Source of the DNA: Flectonema sp. DT1601
Lineage: Eukaryota
Length of the DNA stretch: 64,000 nucleotides
Direction: 5' to 3'
Assembly (NCBI GenBank): GCA_964019425.1
Contig: OZ025787.1
Coordinates: 1,426,001-1,490,000, forward strand
How positions within the stretch are numbered: the stretch's first letter is position 1; every line of letters begins with the position of its first letter. This document shows positions 33,706 through 45,131 of the stretch, piece after piece. The notes beneath the pieces are model-generated. The model saw only the letters and a list, made by a program, of their open reading frames with translations. It was not told where the DNA came from and did not search any database. The translations under genes were made by a program, and so were the position numbers.

Positions 33706-34974
33706 ATGTCCGACAAGTATAATCCGTCAAAGCCTTTTTTATCGAGAGGTGGAATAGGACAAAATGAACTTGACATGCTGGCTGATGCTGTCTATAAAGA
33801 CTTGAAAGGAGCTGGCGGTGGAGGTCGCCCGAGTATCTCAACGGCTCAACTTCCACACAGTGGGACTGCAGATGATTCAAACGACTTAATGAGTGCGATG
33901 GCAAAGAGACTTGCACAGGCAGAGACTGCTGGAAAAGTTTTAAAAAAAGAATTGATCGCAAAAGAAAGACAGCTCTTGTCATCAAAACAAAAAGAAGAAG
34001 AGCTTGAGATACTCAAAATACAAAATTCAAAATTAGCATTACAAGTAGTAGAGATGACTCAATTTCTTAAAGAACAAGGATTATCATGGGTGGGTTCAGG
34101 AAGAGTATCACCCCTTGTGAATGAAGAAAGAGAATCCCCAAGCAAAAAGTCAAACGAAGATTCCCCACCTCATCCTTCATCAGAAAAGAAACTTTCAATT
34201 CTCGGACTGTGTGATGACAATTCAAGTTGGGAACAAGAGGCGTCAATATCGAAGCTACCCATCGACATTTCAGAATTACAAAAGCGGGTAGCAGAACTTA
34301 ACCTCGTAGCAGGTGAAAAGATAATCTCCAACGACAGGTTAGCAGATGGCAAAATAGTTTCAAAACTAAAAGACCCAGACGTACTCAATGTAACCATCTA
34401 CAAGGACGGAATAGTTGTAAATAATGGAGTCTTTCGACCGTACAATTGGCCCCTTTGCACGGCATTCATAGGAGATGTACTTGAGGGTTACTTTCCTAGT
34501 GAATATCAACAAAAATACCCAGAAGGGTTTATGATGAAATTAAATGATAAATCTACAGAGTCTGGAGCAAAGGCATCGGAGACTGCCGGGTATCGAAAAA
34601 GTAATTTTTTGAAAAACATGCCATCGCAGGTTATCACTAAAAGTGGTCAAATAGTTCAAGTTAGAGATGACATTCGAGTACTCATGGGAGGTGATTCTGA
34701 ACTGAAAGAAACCGTACACAAGACAGTGTCTCAAGGAGGAGTCTTTCTACAGGTTCGCATTGTTGGAGGAGGTAAGATAGTAGCTCAGATGAGTGAATCA
34801 AATACCATCGGAGATGTCAGACGAGTTGTTGGTGAGCAACTTCCATCGGAAAACGTTGGAAGGCAATTTGAACTCCTAACTGCGTATCCTCGAAAAACGT
34901 TTTCTGACGACTTGCAGACGCTTCGTGATGCCGGGCTAGTCCCGAATGCCGCCTTACTAATGAGACTGCTTTAG
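33706..34974 (+). CDS. UBXN11-like p97 cofactor (coiled coil, SEP, UBX); start probably MSDKY
   Basis: EMTQFLKEQGLSWVG; YKDGIVV..G.FRPY......FIGDVLEGYFPSE (SEP); FELLTAYPRK..TLRDAGLVPNAAL (UBX). Confidence 0.85.
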   Translation: MSDKYNPSKPFLSRGGIGQNELDMLADAVYKDLKGAGGGGRPSISTAQLPHSGTADDSNDLMSAMAKRLAQAETAGKVLKKELIAKERQLLSSKQKEEELEILKIQNSKLALQVVEMTQFLKEQGLSWVGSGRVSPLVNEERESPSKKSNEDSPPHPSSEKKLSILGLCDDNSSWEQEASISKLPIDISELQKRVAELNLVAGEKIISNDRLADGKIVSKLKDPDVLNVTIYKDGIVVNNGVFRPYNWPLCTAFIGDVLEGYFPSEYQQKYPEGFMMKLNDKSTESGAKASETAGYRKSNFLKNMPSQVITKSGQIVQVRDDIRVLMGGDSELKETVHKTVSQGGVFLQVRIVGGGKIVAQMSESNTIGDVRRVVGEQLPSENVGRQFELLTAYPRKTFSDDLQTLRDAGLVPNAALLMRLL

Positions 34975-35283
34975 AATTAGATTACACTTTACTGTCTGCT
35001 GGCAGTTACCTTCAGTTATGTTATTCTACAATAACAAAGTGTGCCTGCAAAGTCACATAATTCGTCTTATCGATCACCTGTGAGTGGCTCTACTTGTTGA
35101 ATTTTTGTGTTTTGCTGTTTTTTATAAGTTAAGGCTTAACAAGATATTGTTTTTAAAAAAAAATAAAAAATAAAAAAAAGAAATCCATTCTGTCCTTTTA
35201 CATTCTGCGTTATTTGATATTGAGTAGGGGAAGGATGTCTTTTCAAAAATATTTTATTTTTTTATTTTATTCGAAGGCAACAT

Positions 35284-36003
35284 ATGGCAACCGGATGCCT
35301 GTTCGATCTTGACGGTACCCTCATTGACTACGAGGGTGCGAGTGCTGTGGCTTTGAACGAGCCATTAAAGAACTTTGGAGGAAGAGTTGACCAATCACTA
35401 CACAGTCGTATACTTGGAACAAGGAACCTGGACTGGGCTTCTGTTATATTGAAGGAAAACGGGATCGATGACAAAATGTTTGGACCACAGCAGTACGTAG
35501 ATAAATACTTAGAGTCCTTAGAAAAGCTTTACGACACGTTGGAACTTATGCCGCACACAACAACATTACTCACAACGCTTAAAGAACATAAAGTACCCAT
35601 GGCAATTGCTACGAGTAGTAATCGCAGTTCGTGTATACGAAAATTAAATCTTCATCCTTCAGTCTTTTCTCATTTTCTGTTGGAAGATTCTCAGGGACCG
35701 CTTACCGTTTGTGGTAATGATCCGGAAGTTAAAAATGGAAAACCCGCACCCGACATCTTTATTGAAGCAGCGAGACGTCTCTCCCTACCCCCAAGCCGGT
35801 GTATTGTTTTTGAGGATTCACCGTCTGGGGTGAAGGCAGGTGCTGCTGCTGGATGCAAAGTAGTGGCAATACCAGACATGAGGTATCAGAATACTGATTG
35901 TTGGGAAACGGTGCGTGATAAATACTTACAGTGTGGTGCCACTTGGGTAGTTCCATCTCTGAAAGACGTCGATATTCAAGAGTGGATTGTCGGAACTGAC
36001 TAA
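35284..36003 (+). CDS. HAD-superfamily phosphatase, pseudouridine-5'-phosphatase (HDHD1/GS1)-like
   Basis: FDLDGTLID motif I, IATSS motif II, GKPAPDIF motif III, VFEDSPSGV motif IV. Confidence 0.88.
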   Translation: MATGCLFDLDGTLIDYEGASAVALNEPLKNFGGRVDQSLHSRILGTRNLDWASVILKENGIDDKMFGPQQYVDKYLESLEKLYDTLELMPHTTTLLTTLKEHKVPMAIATSSNRSSCIRKLNLHPSVFSHFLLEDSQGPLTVCGNDPEVKNGKPAPDIFIEAARRLSLPPSRCIVFEDSPSGVKAGAAAGCKVVAIPDMRYQNTDCWETVRDKYLQCGATWVVPSLKDVDIQEWIVGTD

Positions 36004-36085
36004 ATTCACTGGTCGTGTTGTGTAAGGAAAAAAAAAAAAAGGAAAAAAAGAAACACAGACAGAACTATTTTATCTCTAATCAGCA

Positions 36086-37846
36086 ATGAATCAAATGACA
36101 CTATCTCGTATTAGAGGTCTCGCCGGAAGTATTAGAAAAAGAGAACGAACATCAGAAATTAACAACCTGGTAAGCGACATAATAAAATCAAAGGACTCAC
36201 GAGGAGCAATGGAAGTTATATATCTTCTCGGAAGGACAAACGAACAGGTTCAAAAACTCCCGCACAGATTCGAAGAAATGGTTAAAATGACTTCTACGAC
36301 AACTAAAGAAACAACAGGAGAACAGAATCCAATTATTAAAGCCATCAGAGGATTGACTTCTATTGTAAGTAGTAATAAAATGACAAACCTTCGACAGGAC
36401 CTTTTGAAATTAATATCATTAGTCCCTATGTCTGCTCAACTATCACCAGACGCAGCATCCTCTCTAGCTTGGGCTATCTTAAAGATAAGAGGAGATACAA
36501 GTATAGCAAAGCTTTGGATTAAGAGATCCGTAGCATCGAATATCCCAATGAAACCTCAACAAAGTCGAGAGTTGCTTACGAGCGCAGTAACAGTCCGGGT
36601 GAAGTGCTCAAACTTTGCTGCGAAACTCGTATATAATGCAATCAAATCAAAAGAACCACTCACAGCATCACAATGGGCCAGGATAATATATCCTTCATTC
36701 TGTATGAAAGCTTTAGATGAAAAACAATTTACTAAACTCTGGGAGTTAGTCCCTCCTTCAAGTGTTGTTATGTTGACCTCTGAAGGACTGTCGCGATCTA
36801 TGTATGTTGCGGAAAAACTGCGTTCCAAAGATATTGGTTCCAACCTTCTTGAGGCATTTGCTGGAAAAGGATACCTCCGTGCGAGTGATCGATCCATTTC
36901 GGGTGTTTTATGTTCGGTAGCTGCTCTGCAATTACATCTTACTGATTATCGTAAGTTTTGTAGTGCTGTTCAAAATAGATTTTGTAAGGAAAATATAGTA
37001 TCAGAATCCTATTCTATCTCGTTTAGTGCACTTGTTCGAATGCACTATCGTTGTCAAAAAGTAATTGATTTCGATTCGTGGCAGAGTTCGTTTCAAAAAC
37101 AAATTGCTAAATCGGACCCTAATCTGATTGCAGAAATAGTAGAAGGTTTTGGTAGGCTGACAGCAGTGTCTCGACTTGTCTTAATCCAGTCATGTGAAAG
37201 GATACAGTCAATGGATGTGAATCCTTTTAACTTACACAAAGTACTTACAGTAGCTCAAAAAGGATTACTTCTTCGTGAATACACAGCCAATTGGAGTCTA
37301 TTCGAGTCCCGATCCCAACAAAAACTCCGCATGGACGACATCACAGCTCTGGTAAATAATTTCACCTTTCGCTCACCTTCAGAAGACATCTCCCTGTTAG
37401 AGTTTATGTTACGACAGTTGCTTGGAAGGTATGACGATATTCCTCCAGTTCAATTCTGTCGATTGATTCAGCTGCTATCTACTGTCCACATGACTATACC
37501 ACCGGAAGCTCTTTCGCTGTTGAACACTATTCAGCTTAAGAGTGTACCTTCTCAGGTAATAATTAAACATTTTGTGTCATTAAAGAGATTGAAGATAGGT
37601 AATGTAGAACCCTGGGAGAATAGTATCCTGGCGCTGTCGATGTCAGTACCTAAGGAAGGTGTTACTGTTTATGAACGAAGGACCTTACAGGGAATATCGA
37701 GATCTGTTCCTCGTACAGTTAGTAAACTATTTGATGATGTTCTGTCACGTCTTCATTCTCATGTGATACCTGCAGGACACAGACCTCCAATACAAACTTC
37801 GAATCGAACTGCCACTACACCTAAGAATCTACCATGGCATGGATAA
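36086..37846 (+). CDS. Hypothetical helical-repeat protein, possibly mitochondrial
   Basis: 586-aa ORF; basic N-terminus; helical units such as DAASSLAWAILKI and SQWARIIYP. Confidence 0.65.
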   Translation: MNQMTLSRIRGLAGSIRKRERTSEINNLVSDIIKSKDSRGAMEVIYLLGRTNEQVQKLPHRFEEMVKMTSTTTKETTGEQNPIIKAIRGLTSIVSSNKMTNLRQDLLKLISLVPMSAQLSPDAASSLAWAILKIRGDTSIAKLWIKRSVASNIPMKPQQSRELLTSAVTVRVKCSNFAAKLVYNAIKSKEPLTASQWARIIYPSFCMKALDEKQFTKLWELVPPSSVVMLTSEGLSRSMYVAEKLRSKDIGSNLLEAFAGKGYLRASDRSISGVLCSVAALQLHLTDYRKFCSAVQNRFCKENIVSESYSISFSALVRMHYRCQKVIDFDSWQSSFQKQIAKSDPNLIAEIVEGFGRLTAVSRLVLIQSCERIQSMDVNPFNLHKVLTVAQKGLLLREYTANWSLFESRSQQKLRMDDITALVNNFTFRSPSEDISLLEFMLRQLLGRYDDIPPVQFCRLIQLLSTVHMTIPPEALSLLNTIQLKSVPSQVIIKHFVSLKRLKIGNVEPWENSILALSMSVPKEGVTVYERRTLQGISRSVPRTVSKLFDDVLSRLHSHVIPAGHRPPIQTSNRTATTPKNLPWHG

Positions 37847-38149
37847 ACATTTATCGGTTTTGAGATGCTTTATTGACCCCCTGCTGGGGGAATAGTCTCG
37901 TAGAGACAAACTGTATTCAGAAATTTTACGATAATTAAAAAGAAAAAATAAATTTTGATTTCCCTTTTCGGAAATAATTATCACCTCAATAATATGTTAG
38001 AATTGGTATTAAGATTTTGTCATCCGTTCACTCACCAGGTACTCAATGACAAAAGGAGACGTGTAGAGTCGTACATTATTATTTATCAATTTATAAAAAT
38101 AATTTTATCTCAATTCAGAACTTCTACTGCATATGAAATAATTGTAATA

Positions 38150-39229
38150 ATGTCAACAAGATCCTGGATATCTACACAGCCGGAGGAGACTCCGGGGAAA
38201 CCGCAGAAGCAGAAGCAGCAGCAGCAAAAAGAAGAACAGAAAGAAGAGCAACAGCAACAAGAACAACAAAAGGAAGAACTACAGCAATCAGTAAAAGAAC
38301 TCGAGAAATCTGTTGATAAACCTCCGACGGTATTGAGAAAGTTGACTCTTGAAAAGTTTAGTGGAGAAAAAAGTGGACCAGTAACTGACCCGAGACAATC
38401 AATTAGATCCGATAAAAGAGCAAAAGAAGGAGTCGTTAACTGGAAAGCCAGTCTTGAAAAGATTCAGTTTGTGAGAGAGAAACCTCCACCATCACCGATG
38501 GAGTACTCTGATGCTCCTGCTGGAAGTCCACTTTTCACAGATATGCTTCCATGGTTGGAAATGAATGATAAACATAACTACATGAGTCACTGTCCTCCAA
38601 GAGAGTTAGCAGGACTTATTAATACTAAAATATCAACTGACGGTGATCGATACATAATGAGACTACAATCGAATAGCTCATTCCTTGCACACTCATGGAC
38701 GAAAACAACTGGTATTGGATGCTGTAACACAAAAGGTGTTAAAAGAGAGATTATTGTAAGTACTGGACCACAGTGTCGTGGTGATCCTCAAATGATAGTC
38801 ATGGCTATTGAGAAGACACCCTCAGCAATTATTGGAATCACTCAAAAACACGGAACAGAAAGAGGAATAGGTCTCGTAGTTAATATGAGTAAAGGCGTCG
38901 TGTTGTTAGCATCAGCGACATCACACGTCTCAACAAATCAAATGAATAAATATGTTTCTGATTTAGCTGCGAATTCATCTGCTCCACCACCCGATAATAT
39001 CATTCGTCTCACGACTGATTCTTCTGCTCCGGATACGTCTTCTGCAGTTAACTGTTGCGACGACTCACTCTGCTTTAGAGACTTTAAAAGTAAATCATGT
39101 TGTCTGATGGTTAGCGAACGTTCTATAGACTTCTTCAACCCTATCAATGGACATCAGGCTTTCGCTGTGTGGTTGGCTTGGAAACTCGCTGGTCGGACTC
39201 CACGAGGAAAAGAAAAGAAAAGTAAGTAG
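38150..39229 (+). CDS. Hypothetical protein with Q/E-rich N-terminus and divergent Tubby-like C-terminal domain
   Basis: Start MSTRSW after a ttcag acceptor; C-terminal IDFFNPINGHQAFAVWLA resembles the Tubby MDYxYPLxxxQAFAIAL motif. Confidence 0.55.
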   Translation: MSTRSWISTQPEETPGKPQKQKQQQQKEEQKEEQQQQEQQKEELQQSVKELEKSVDKPPTVLRKLTLEKFSGEKSGPVTDPRQSIRSDKRAKEGVVNWKASLEKIQFVREKPPPSPMEYSDAPAGSPLFTDMLPWLEMNDKHNYMSHCPPRELAGLINTKISTDGDRYIMRLQSNSSFLAHSWTKTTGIGCCNTKGVKREIIVSTGPQCRGDPQMIVMAIEKTPSAIIGITQKHGTERGIGLVVNMSKGVVLLASATSHVSTNQMNKYVSDLAANSSAPPPDNIIRLTTDSSAPDTSSAVNCCDDSLCFRDFKSKSCCLMVSERSIDFFNPINGHQAFAVWLAWKLAGRTPRGKEKKSK

Positions 39230-40278
39230 AGTAATAACACCTAAACAGGGTGTCATAACATTTAATATGTTGCTGATGGTGATGGTTGAATGGTCGGGAT
39301 ACCGCGGACTGTAGTCTGCGACCCCCCCCTCCTCTCCCCCAACCCCCCTGCCACCTCCTGCTGGCGTTAGCGTATTGGTTTTTGTATGCTGACATGTTTT
39401 TGAGTCAAATTTAGGGAGAAAAAAAAAAATCAAAAATATCAAAAAAAAAAAAAATAACCAGAGTCCTCAACTATTTCATCTCAACTTTGAATATATGGTT
39501 CGACGTATGTTCGTTCAGCTCGCCTTTCCTCATTCTGTTTGTTGTATCAGTTTCCGCGTCTAAAGGGCTTATTCATTGTTCCGAGTCAGAAGTCTTTATG
39601 TTTCACAATCGATCACCGTTGTTGTTATAATGTTGAGCATCAAGTGACGAAAAGAAACATTCCCAACTCTGACTACAAAACATAAAAGCGAACAAGAAAA
39701 GCCTTTATGTCGTCTTAGACGATATTCTCTTTTTCAAACGAGTTTGTTATGTTTTTTAATCACCTTGTGAGATTGATGAAATGTCTCTCTTATTTAATTA
39801 CATGGGCTGTTCTTTTTATTGGATGAGAAGGGGCTGATATTGAACTTTTTAAAAATTAAAAAAAATATATTATATAAAAGAAAAAATGTCATTTTTATTG
39901 CGCCTGTTTTTTTTATTTTTTTTTGTGTGAAAAATCTTCGAACTCCCAAAAATCCCGATTTGGCAACATAGTTTTTCGACAGAAAGTAAAATAAACTGGT
40001 TTAAACACCACCCGATACATATCATACTGCCTATTCGTCTTATTTCTGTTTCTTTTTCTTCCTTTTTTTTTCCCTTCCTCTGAAGCAGCAAAAATGAAGC
40101 AGTTGCGGAGGCAAATTACTTTATTTTGTTTGTGTGTCCTGTTGACGACAATATAAAGTATTGATGGAGCGGTGTTGGTGTACACTTTTTACGAATGTAA
40201 GAAAAATAATTGTGACCCACCCCCCCAACCTTACGTCAATCGCAGAGAGTATACCTACACTAACATTACCTTTAGTAT

Positions 40279-40372
40279 CACTGTATCTCAGAACTAATGT
40301 TAAATTATCGTTATGTTGTTTATGATACAATAAATTTGTATTTTACGTACAAACTCGAACAGTTAACCCCCC
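40279..40372 (+). repeat. Dispersed repeat copy (also at ~3698-3787 and, partially, 3261-3335)
   Basis: Shared cactgtatct..aactaatg.taaattatc.ttatgtt..tatgatacaa..tacaaa.tcgaaca..ccccc. Confidence 0.75.
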
Positions 40373-41992
40373 AACCTGCAACTCTGCTGCATCAGATTTT
40401 CTGAGGAAGAAAATATATACTTGTAGATTTTATTTTCTTTCTTTCTTTTTTTTGTTGTATTTTTTTTTTTTTTTTTAAAATTATTATTATTAGTGTTCAT
40501 AATGCTTCGTGATCGTGCTCAGTGGCTTGACCTTATTATGTGATTATTTTTCTTTTTTCTTTTTTCACCCTTTTTTTAAAACGATAAAAAACCAGGAATC
40601 GAGTTCGTTCAGTGATTTGGATGCTGAAAATTTGAAAACTTATTCTTCGGGGTAGGCGACCATGTAAGGGATGTTTTCTGTAGCGTACACAGCTGTGTTT
40701 TTTGGTTTGCTAGTTGTTATTTTTTTTTTATTCCCTCCCATTCCCTTTGAATCGGAATAATATGAAATCTTCGCTTTTCTGTGACTGTGACGCAGCTGTA
40801 AGTTGCCCTGGCCCCCATGCGTGTCAGCCGTCAGCTTGTAGCTGTTATTTCGTATTTTGATTTTTTTTTCTCTTTTTTTTTTTTTCTCTCCCTTTTTGAT
40901 TTTTGTTGTTTCCGTTGTTAAAACCGATGCTACTTTGAGATGTTGTTCAGACTTTTTATTATTTTTTTTTTTCCTAAAAAAAAAATAACCAGACAACCGT
41001 TTGTAAGACACAGGTAGTCCTTTCTCTAACTCTCACGCGTCTCAACGAATTACTGAAAGTGTGCCACACAAATTATTATTTCTTATGATGAAAAGCAGAA
41101 CCCAGAGGAGTGGGTTGTGTATATCAAATTACAAATTATTTGTTATATCCACAGATCAGAGTATGAAGGGCTTCGAACGCTGAGGGTTTTTAATTCAATT
41201 ACTCTGATTAAGACAGTAGCAAGGCTTTGTTTAATTTATTTGAGCAGAAAAAACGTGAAACTTACGTGTCTGTCCAAAAAGAATTTGCAACTCAAAAAGA
41301 AAAATAGGAACCCCGATTTTTATATTTCTCCAGAAATTTGATTAGATAAAAAAAATAAAATATATTCTTCTTTCGTCGAATGATTTTGAGAAAAAAAAGA
41401 ATTCTGATCAGTCGGAATTCAGTTATTCTCATCATCTGAACCCGATTCCCTTATTTCTTTGTTCAGTGTAACCTCCTTGGTAGGAGATATCTGCTCTACA
41501 AGAGGAAGAGGTAGGGGAGAAAGAGGAATAAATTCGATCTTGCAGAAATCTCAAGTTGTGATAAAAAAAAATTATAAAAATTACTTTCCAGAGCTGCACT
41601 CTATTTTAGAGGGAGAGATGAAACAAAAAAATAAAAATAAAAATAAAAGCACCTGTGAAAACGCTGTTTTTATATTTCTTACTTACTTCCATTTCAGTCA
41701 CAGCTCTGTGTTCTTCTTATTCCTTTTTTTAATTTTTTTTTTTTTTTTTTATTCATTCCAGTTTGTCTATTCTTCTGCTACTCAACCCCCCTCGTTCTCC
41801 CTTCCTCCCCGGAGGGGTACCACTGAAAATACGGTCGCCTTATCAGTCAGATTTGGTTGAACAATATCTTAAGTGATTCTTGAATCTATTGTACTTCATC
41901 CCCTCACAGGAATTACAGAACAGGATCAACAGCTCAACATTCTTCTGGTAGCTATTCTTATATTATCTCCACTTCAGCCATTACTCAACACA

Positions 41993-43060
41993 ATGCAAGT
42001 TTCTGTGTCGTGTCCGGATTTGGGATTTCCCGTGGTGTCATTCACAGCTGTTGCGGATTCTCTCGTGAGCGACGTGTTGACTGCTGCGGCTGAGGAGTGG
42101 GGCATCGATCCGAAAGAAGTCGAACTCTCGTTCGCTGGAGAGATTCTTTGTGAAACTGGGCGTCTTGCTGTTCATGGAGTGGGTCCCAACACCGAACTGG
42201 AAGTGTGGAAGAAGCGATTTCGATTGTTTGATAAAAGTTGGTTAATAGATGAAACAAAGCGAGAGGAGTTGATTCGCCGACTAACTGACAACGGGGAACA
42301 ATGTGTTTACCTGGACACTCCAACATTCTTAGAGAATGATATCCTCGTACTTGAGGAAGAATTGATTCCTCCGGTAGTTAAACAGATTACGTTCCGCAAT
42401 TCAAATTTTGCAGTCAAAAGCATCGAATTAGCATTCTTAGCAACAAGTTCTCTCACTTCGCTTGACCTTTCTGCTCTGAATAATATCACTGAAATTGGAG
42501 AATATTTCTTAGGAGACTGTTCTTTCCTCACTTCACTTGATCTTTCTGGTATGAATAGCGTCACTAAAATTGCAGATTTGTTCTTAGGTGGCTGTTGTTA
42601 CTTGACTTCTCTTAACCTCTCTGGTATGAATAGCGTCACTGAAATCGGAGGATGGTTCTTAGAAAACTGTTCTTCCATCACTTCGCTTGACCTGTCTTGT
42701 CTGAATAGTGTCACCGAAATTGGGGAATATTTCTTAGGACACTGTGCTTCCATCACTTCGCTTGACCTGTCTTGTCTGAGTAGCGTCACCGAAATTGAAT
42801 GTTCGTTCTTAGCAAATTGTTCTTCAATCACTGCACTTGACCTGTCTTGTCTGAATAGTGTCACCGAAATTGGAGAAATGTTTTTAGCAAACTGTTTTTC
42901 CATCACTTCTCTTGACCTCTCTGGTCTGAATTGTGTGACAGCTATCAGAAACGGACCTTCCTTTCTCGAAGGTTGCGAAGGACTTCAATCAATTAAGATA
43001 CCCGAAAACAATGAACTTCTTGCAGAAGTTTCTTCGAGGTTCTCAACTGTCATAACCTGA
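41993..43060 (+). CDS. Ubiquitin-like domain plus cysteine-containing LRR (BspA-like) protein
   Basis: Start MQVSVSCP; LSFAGEIL....LAVHGV Ubl pattern; seven ~25-aa repeats CxxITSLDLSxLNSVTEIGxxFLxx. Confidence 0.85.
   Translation: MQVSVSCPDLGFPVVSFTAVADSLVSDVLTAAAEEWGIDPKEVELSFAGEILCETGRLAVHGVGPNTELEVWKKRFRLFDKSWLIDETKREELIRRLTDNGEQCVYLDTPTFLENDILVLEEELIPPVVKQITFRNSNFAVKSIELAFLATSSLTSLDLSALNNITEIGEYFLGDCSFLTSLDLSGMNSVTKIADLFLGGCCYLTSLNLSGMNSVTEIGGWFLENCSSITSLDLSCLNSVTEIGEYFLGHCASITSLDLSCLSSVTEIECSFLANCSSITALDLSCLNSVTEIGEMFLANCFSITSLDLSGLNCVTAIRNGPSFLEGCEGLQSIKIPENNELLAEVSSRFSTVIT
42443..42973 (+). repeat. Coding tandem repeat, seven units of ~75 bp (LRRs)
   Basis: Repeated cttcgcttgacctgtcttgtctgaatag.gtcaccgaaattg units. 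Confidence 0.9.
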
Positions 43061-43733
43061 AAATTGTTTGGAGTTGTTTGTTGAAGAATCCAAAGGACTT
43101 GTGGTAACCAATTACTGTTACCAATTTTTTTACACAAATAGTAATTTATAACTCGTTTACAAAGTAGATGGTGTTTACTGTTGGTATAGGTTACGAGATT
43201 CCTTTTTTTATTATTATTATTTTTTTTTGTTTGTTTCCCACCAGAAGCCTCAACAACAACAAAAAAAGATTCAAAACTGGTGACTCTTACAATTGATGTT
43301 CTTATTTCATATCACTCGTTGGTCTGGTTGGATTTGAACTCTTCGGACATATACAAACACTCCGGGGTACCGTTAGTATTTTTTATATTATCTCACTCGA
43401 ATACCTTTGTGTAAAAGAAATCATATTATCGGTTTACTGCGTGTTGTTTTATGATGTGAAAAGATCTCCTGTTAAGTCGATAATTCGTGTTGTTACAGAC
43501 TGCAAGGCATAGGACGATTTTGAAACTTCGTTTGGCCTTTTACTACTGTTTTCTGTATTGTCGAAAGATCGTTTTCCACATCACATCTTTTTATCTCCAG
43601 GTTGGATGGACAGCTGAGAGCCCCACTAGCAGAACATGCGAGTGGATCCTGTGTAGAGTTAAGACGATTAAAAAAAATAAAATATGTATTTAAATTTTGT
43701 TTTTTTTTAAAAAACAGTACACGAGAAGGGAAT

Positions 43734-44678
43734 ATGACATTCGAAGATGTGACCATGGCACTTCAGATCAGAGGATTACAGTTTGGGTATGAAAACGAAA
43801 AAGTTTACATCCGCGTTGCTTGGAAATACGACAAAGAACACGGAAGCACTAAGTGGAGACTAGCTAAAGGAGGTAACAAAGTGAACTGGGGATACGCTAC
43901 AGAAGTAAAGGGAACTAGAGCTGCGATCAAAGGAACTTCGAAACCGTTATCAATGAGTTTAAAGATATTCGAAACAACGAACCCTCAACAAGAAGGAAAT
44001 GAAAGACATTTAAAAACCCTCACATGGAAACTATTCTTCGCACATGATACCAACGGTAAGAAGAAGACTGCTAAGCTCAGCTTTAAAAATAACAGCGACC
44101 CTGGAAAGAGTTCAACATTAACCACAACTGTCTCCCTAACTAAATGTGTAAGTGATCAACAAGCTACAATGACGACGAGTCAAAGCAGTCTTCATGACAG
44201 ACATATCACCACCCCACTCAGTTATACACAAGATAGTCTTCAACACTTTAATTCGTCCTCTGGACTTCAAAATGGAAATCCTTCGCAATTAGAATTATTT
44301 AACAGTTTGAGTTCTATTCAAAGTAACGTTGCTAATGAATTCAAGTCAGCAGAATTCTTAATTGAGAAGGAGACGTTACAGCACAGCATCTCTCAAATAT
44401 ATTCACAAATCCATTCTAAGAATGACCTACTGAAGGCTAAGAGAAATGATGTGAATGGTTTATGTCATCGATATGAAGTAGTTCTTCGTGAATATGATTC
44501 AGCTAGAGCCGACATGGAGAGACAAAGTTATCGAATGGCTGATACGTCACAAGGCAACATGGAACGAGACAAAGTTATGACTTATGACATCTCCTCTCTC
44601 AGAACAGAAGTACGCAGACTCCGAGAAGATCAAAAACTATACAACGAAGGCAAGCAGTGTAACTGCTGTATTTCATAA
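43734..44678 (+). CDS. NT-C2-like domain, coiled coil and CaaX protein (start uncertain)
   Basis: Beta-rich basic N-terminus (VYIRVAWK..GST, VNWG, LKIFE); heptad region; ends CNCCIS. Confidence 0.6.
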   Translation: MTFEDVTMALQIRGLQFGYENEKVYIRVAWKYDKEHGSTKWRLAKGGNKVNWGYATEVKGTRAAIKGTSKPLSMSLKIFETTNPQQEGNERHLKTLTWKLFFAHDTNGKKKTAKLSFKNNSDPGKSSTLTTTVSLTKCVSDQQATMTTSQSSLHDRHITTPLSYTQDSLQHFNSSSGLQNGNPSQLELFNSLSSIQSNVANEFKSAEFLIEKETLQHSISQIYSQIHSKNDLLKAKRNDVNGLCHRYEVVLREYDSARADMERQSYRMADTSQGNMERDKVMTYDISSLRTEVRRLREDQKLYNEGKQCNCCIS

Positions 44679-45131
44679 GTCAAAATGCTTCAAAAAAAAA
44701 AGTGATTTATCAAAACAGTTGGTTCTTCAGGTTTTTCCTTTTAGGCACCACGAGTAGGACTGTTGTTGTTTTACAATTTCAAAGAACCTTCCACGAAACT
44801 TCCTGCTGAGCAGCAGCAGCAGCGTTGTCTACAAAACCATTTACACAACTTACTGTTATTATGAAATGTATTTTTATAACACAAAAAAAAAAAAAAAAAA
44901 AAAATTAAAGAAAAGAAAAAAAAAATGAATGAAAAAATACAAAGAAGCGAAAGCCTTCTGCGCGTTCTTTTAGAAAATAACCTCTTTTCGAATCACTTCT
45001 CACCAGACAACATGTCGGGAGGAGTCTCAGAGTATGACAGCATCTGGTGTAGTTTTCAAAAGTTAGTTCGGACTTTTATTTTTACCGTATTTTTTTGTGT
45101 TAAAACTATCTCATCAGTTGTGTTTGTTAAT

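Noticed and set aside
42443..42973. Regular repeats as a CRISPR-like array
   Set aside because: In-frame 75-bp coding LRR units in a eukaryotic gene, with no unique spacers
44925..45131. N-terminal ORF extensions (also 16343, 33604, 37955, 41873, 43602)
   Set aside because: They read through AT-rich intergenic or acceptor sequence; downstream ATGs fit better
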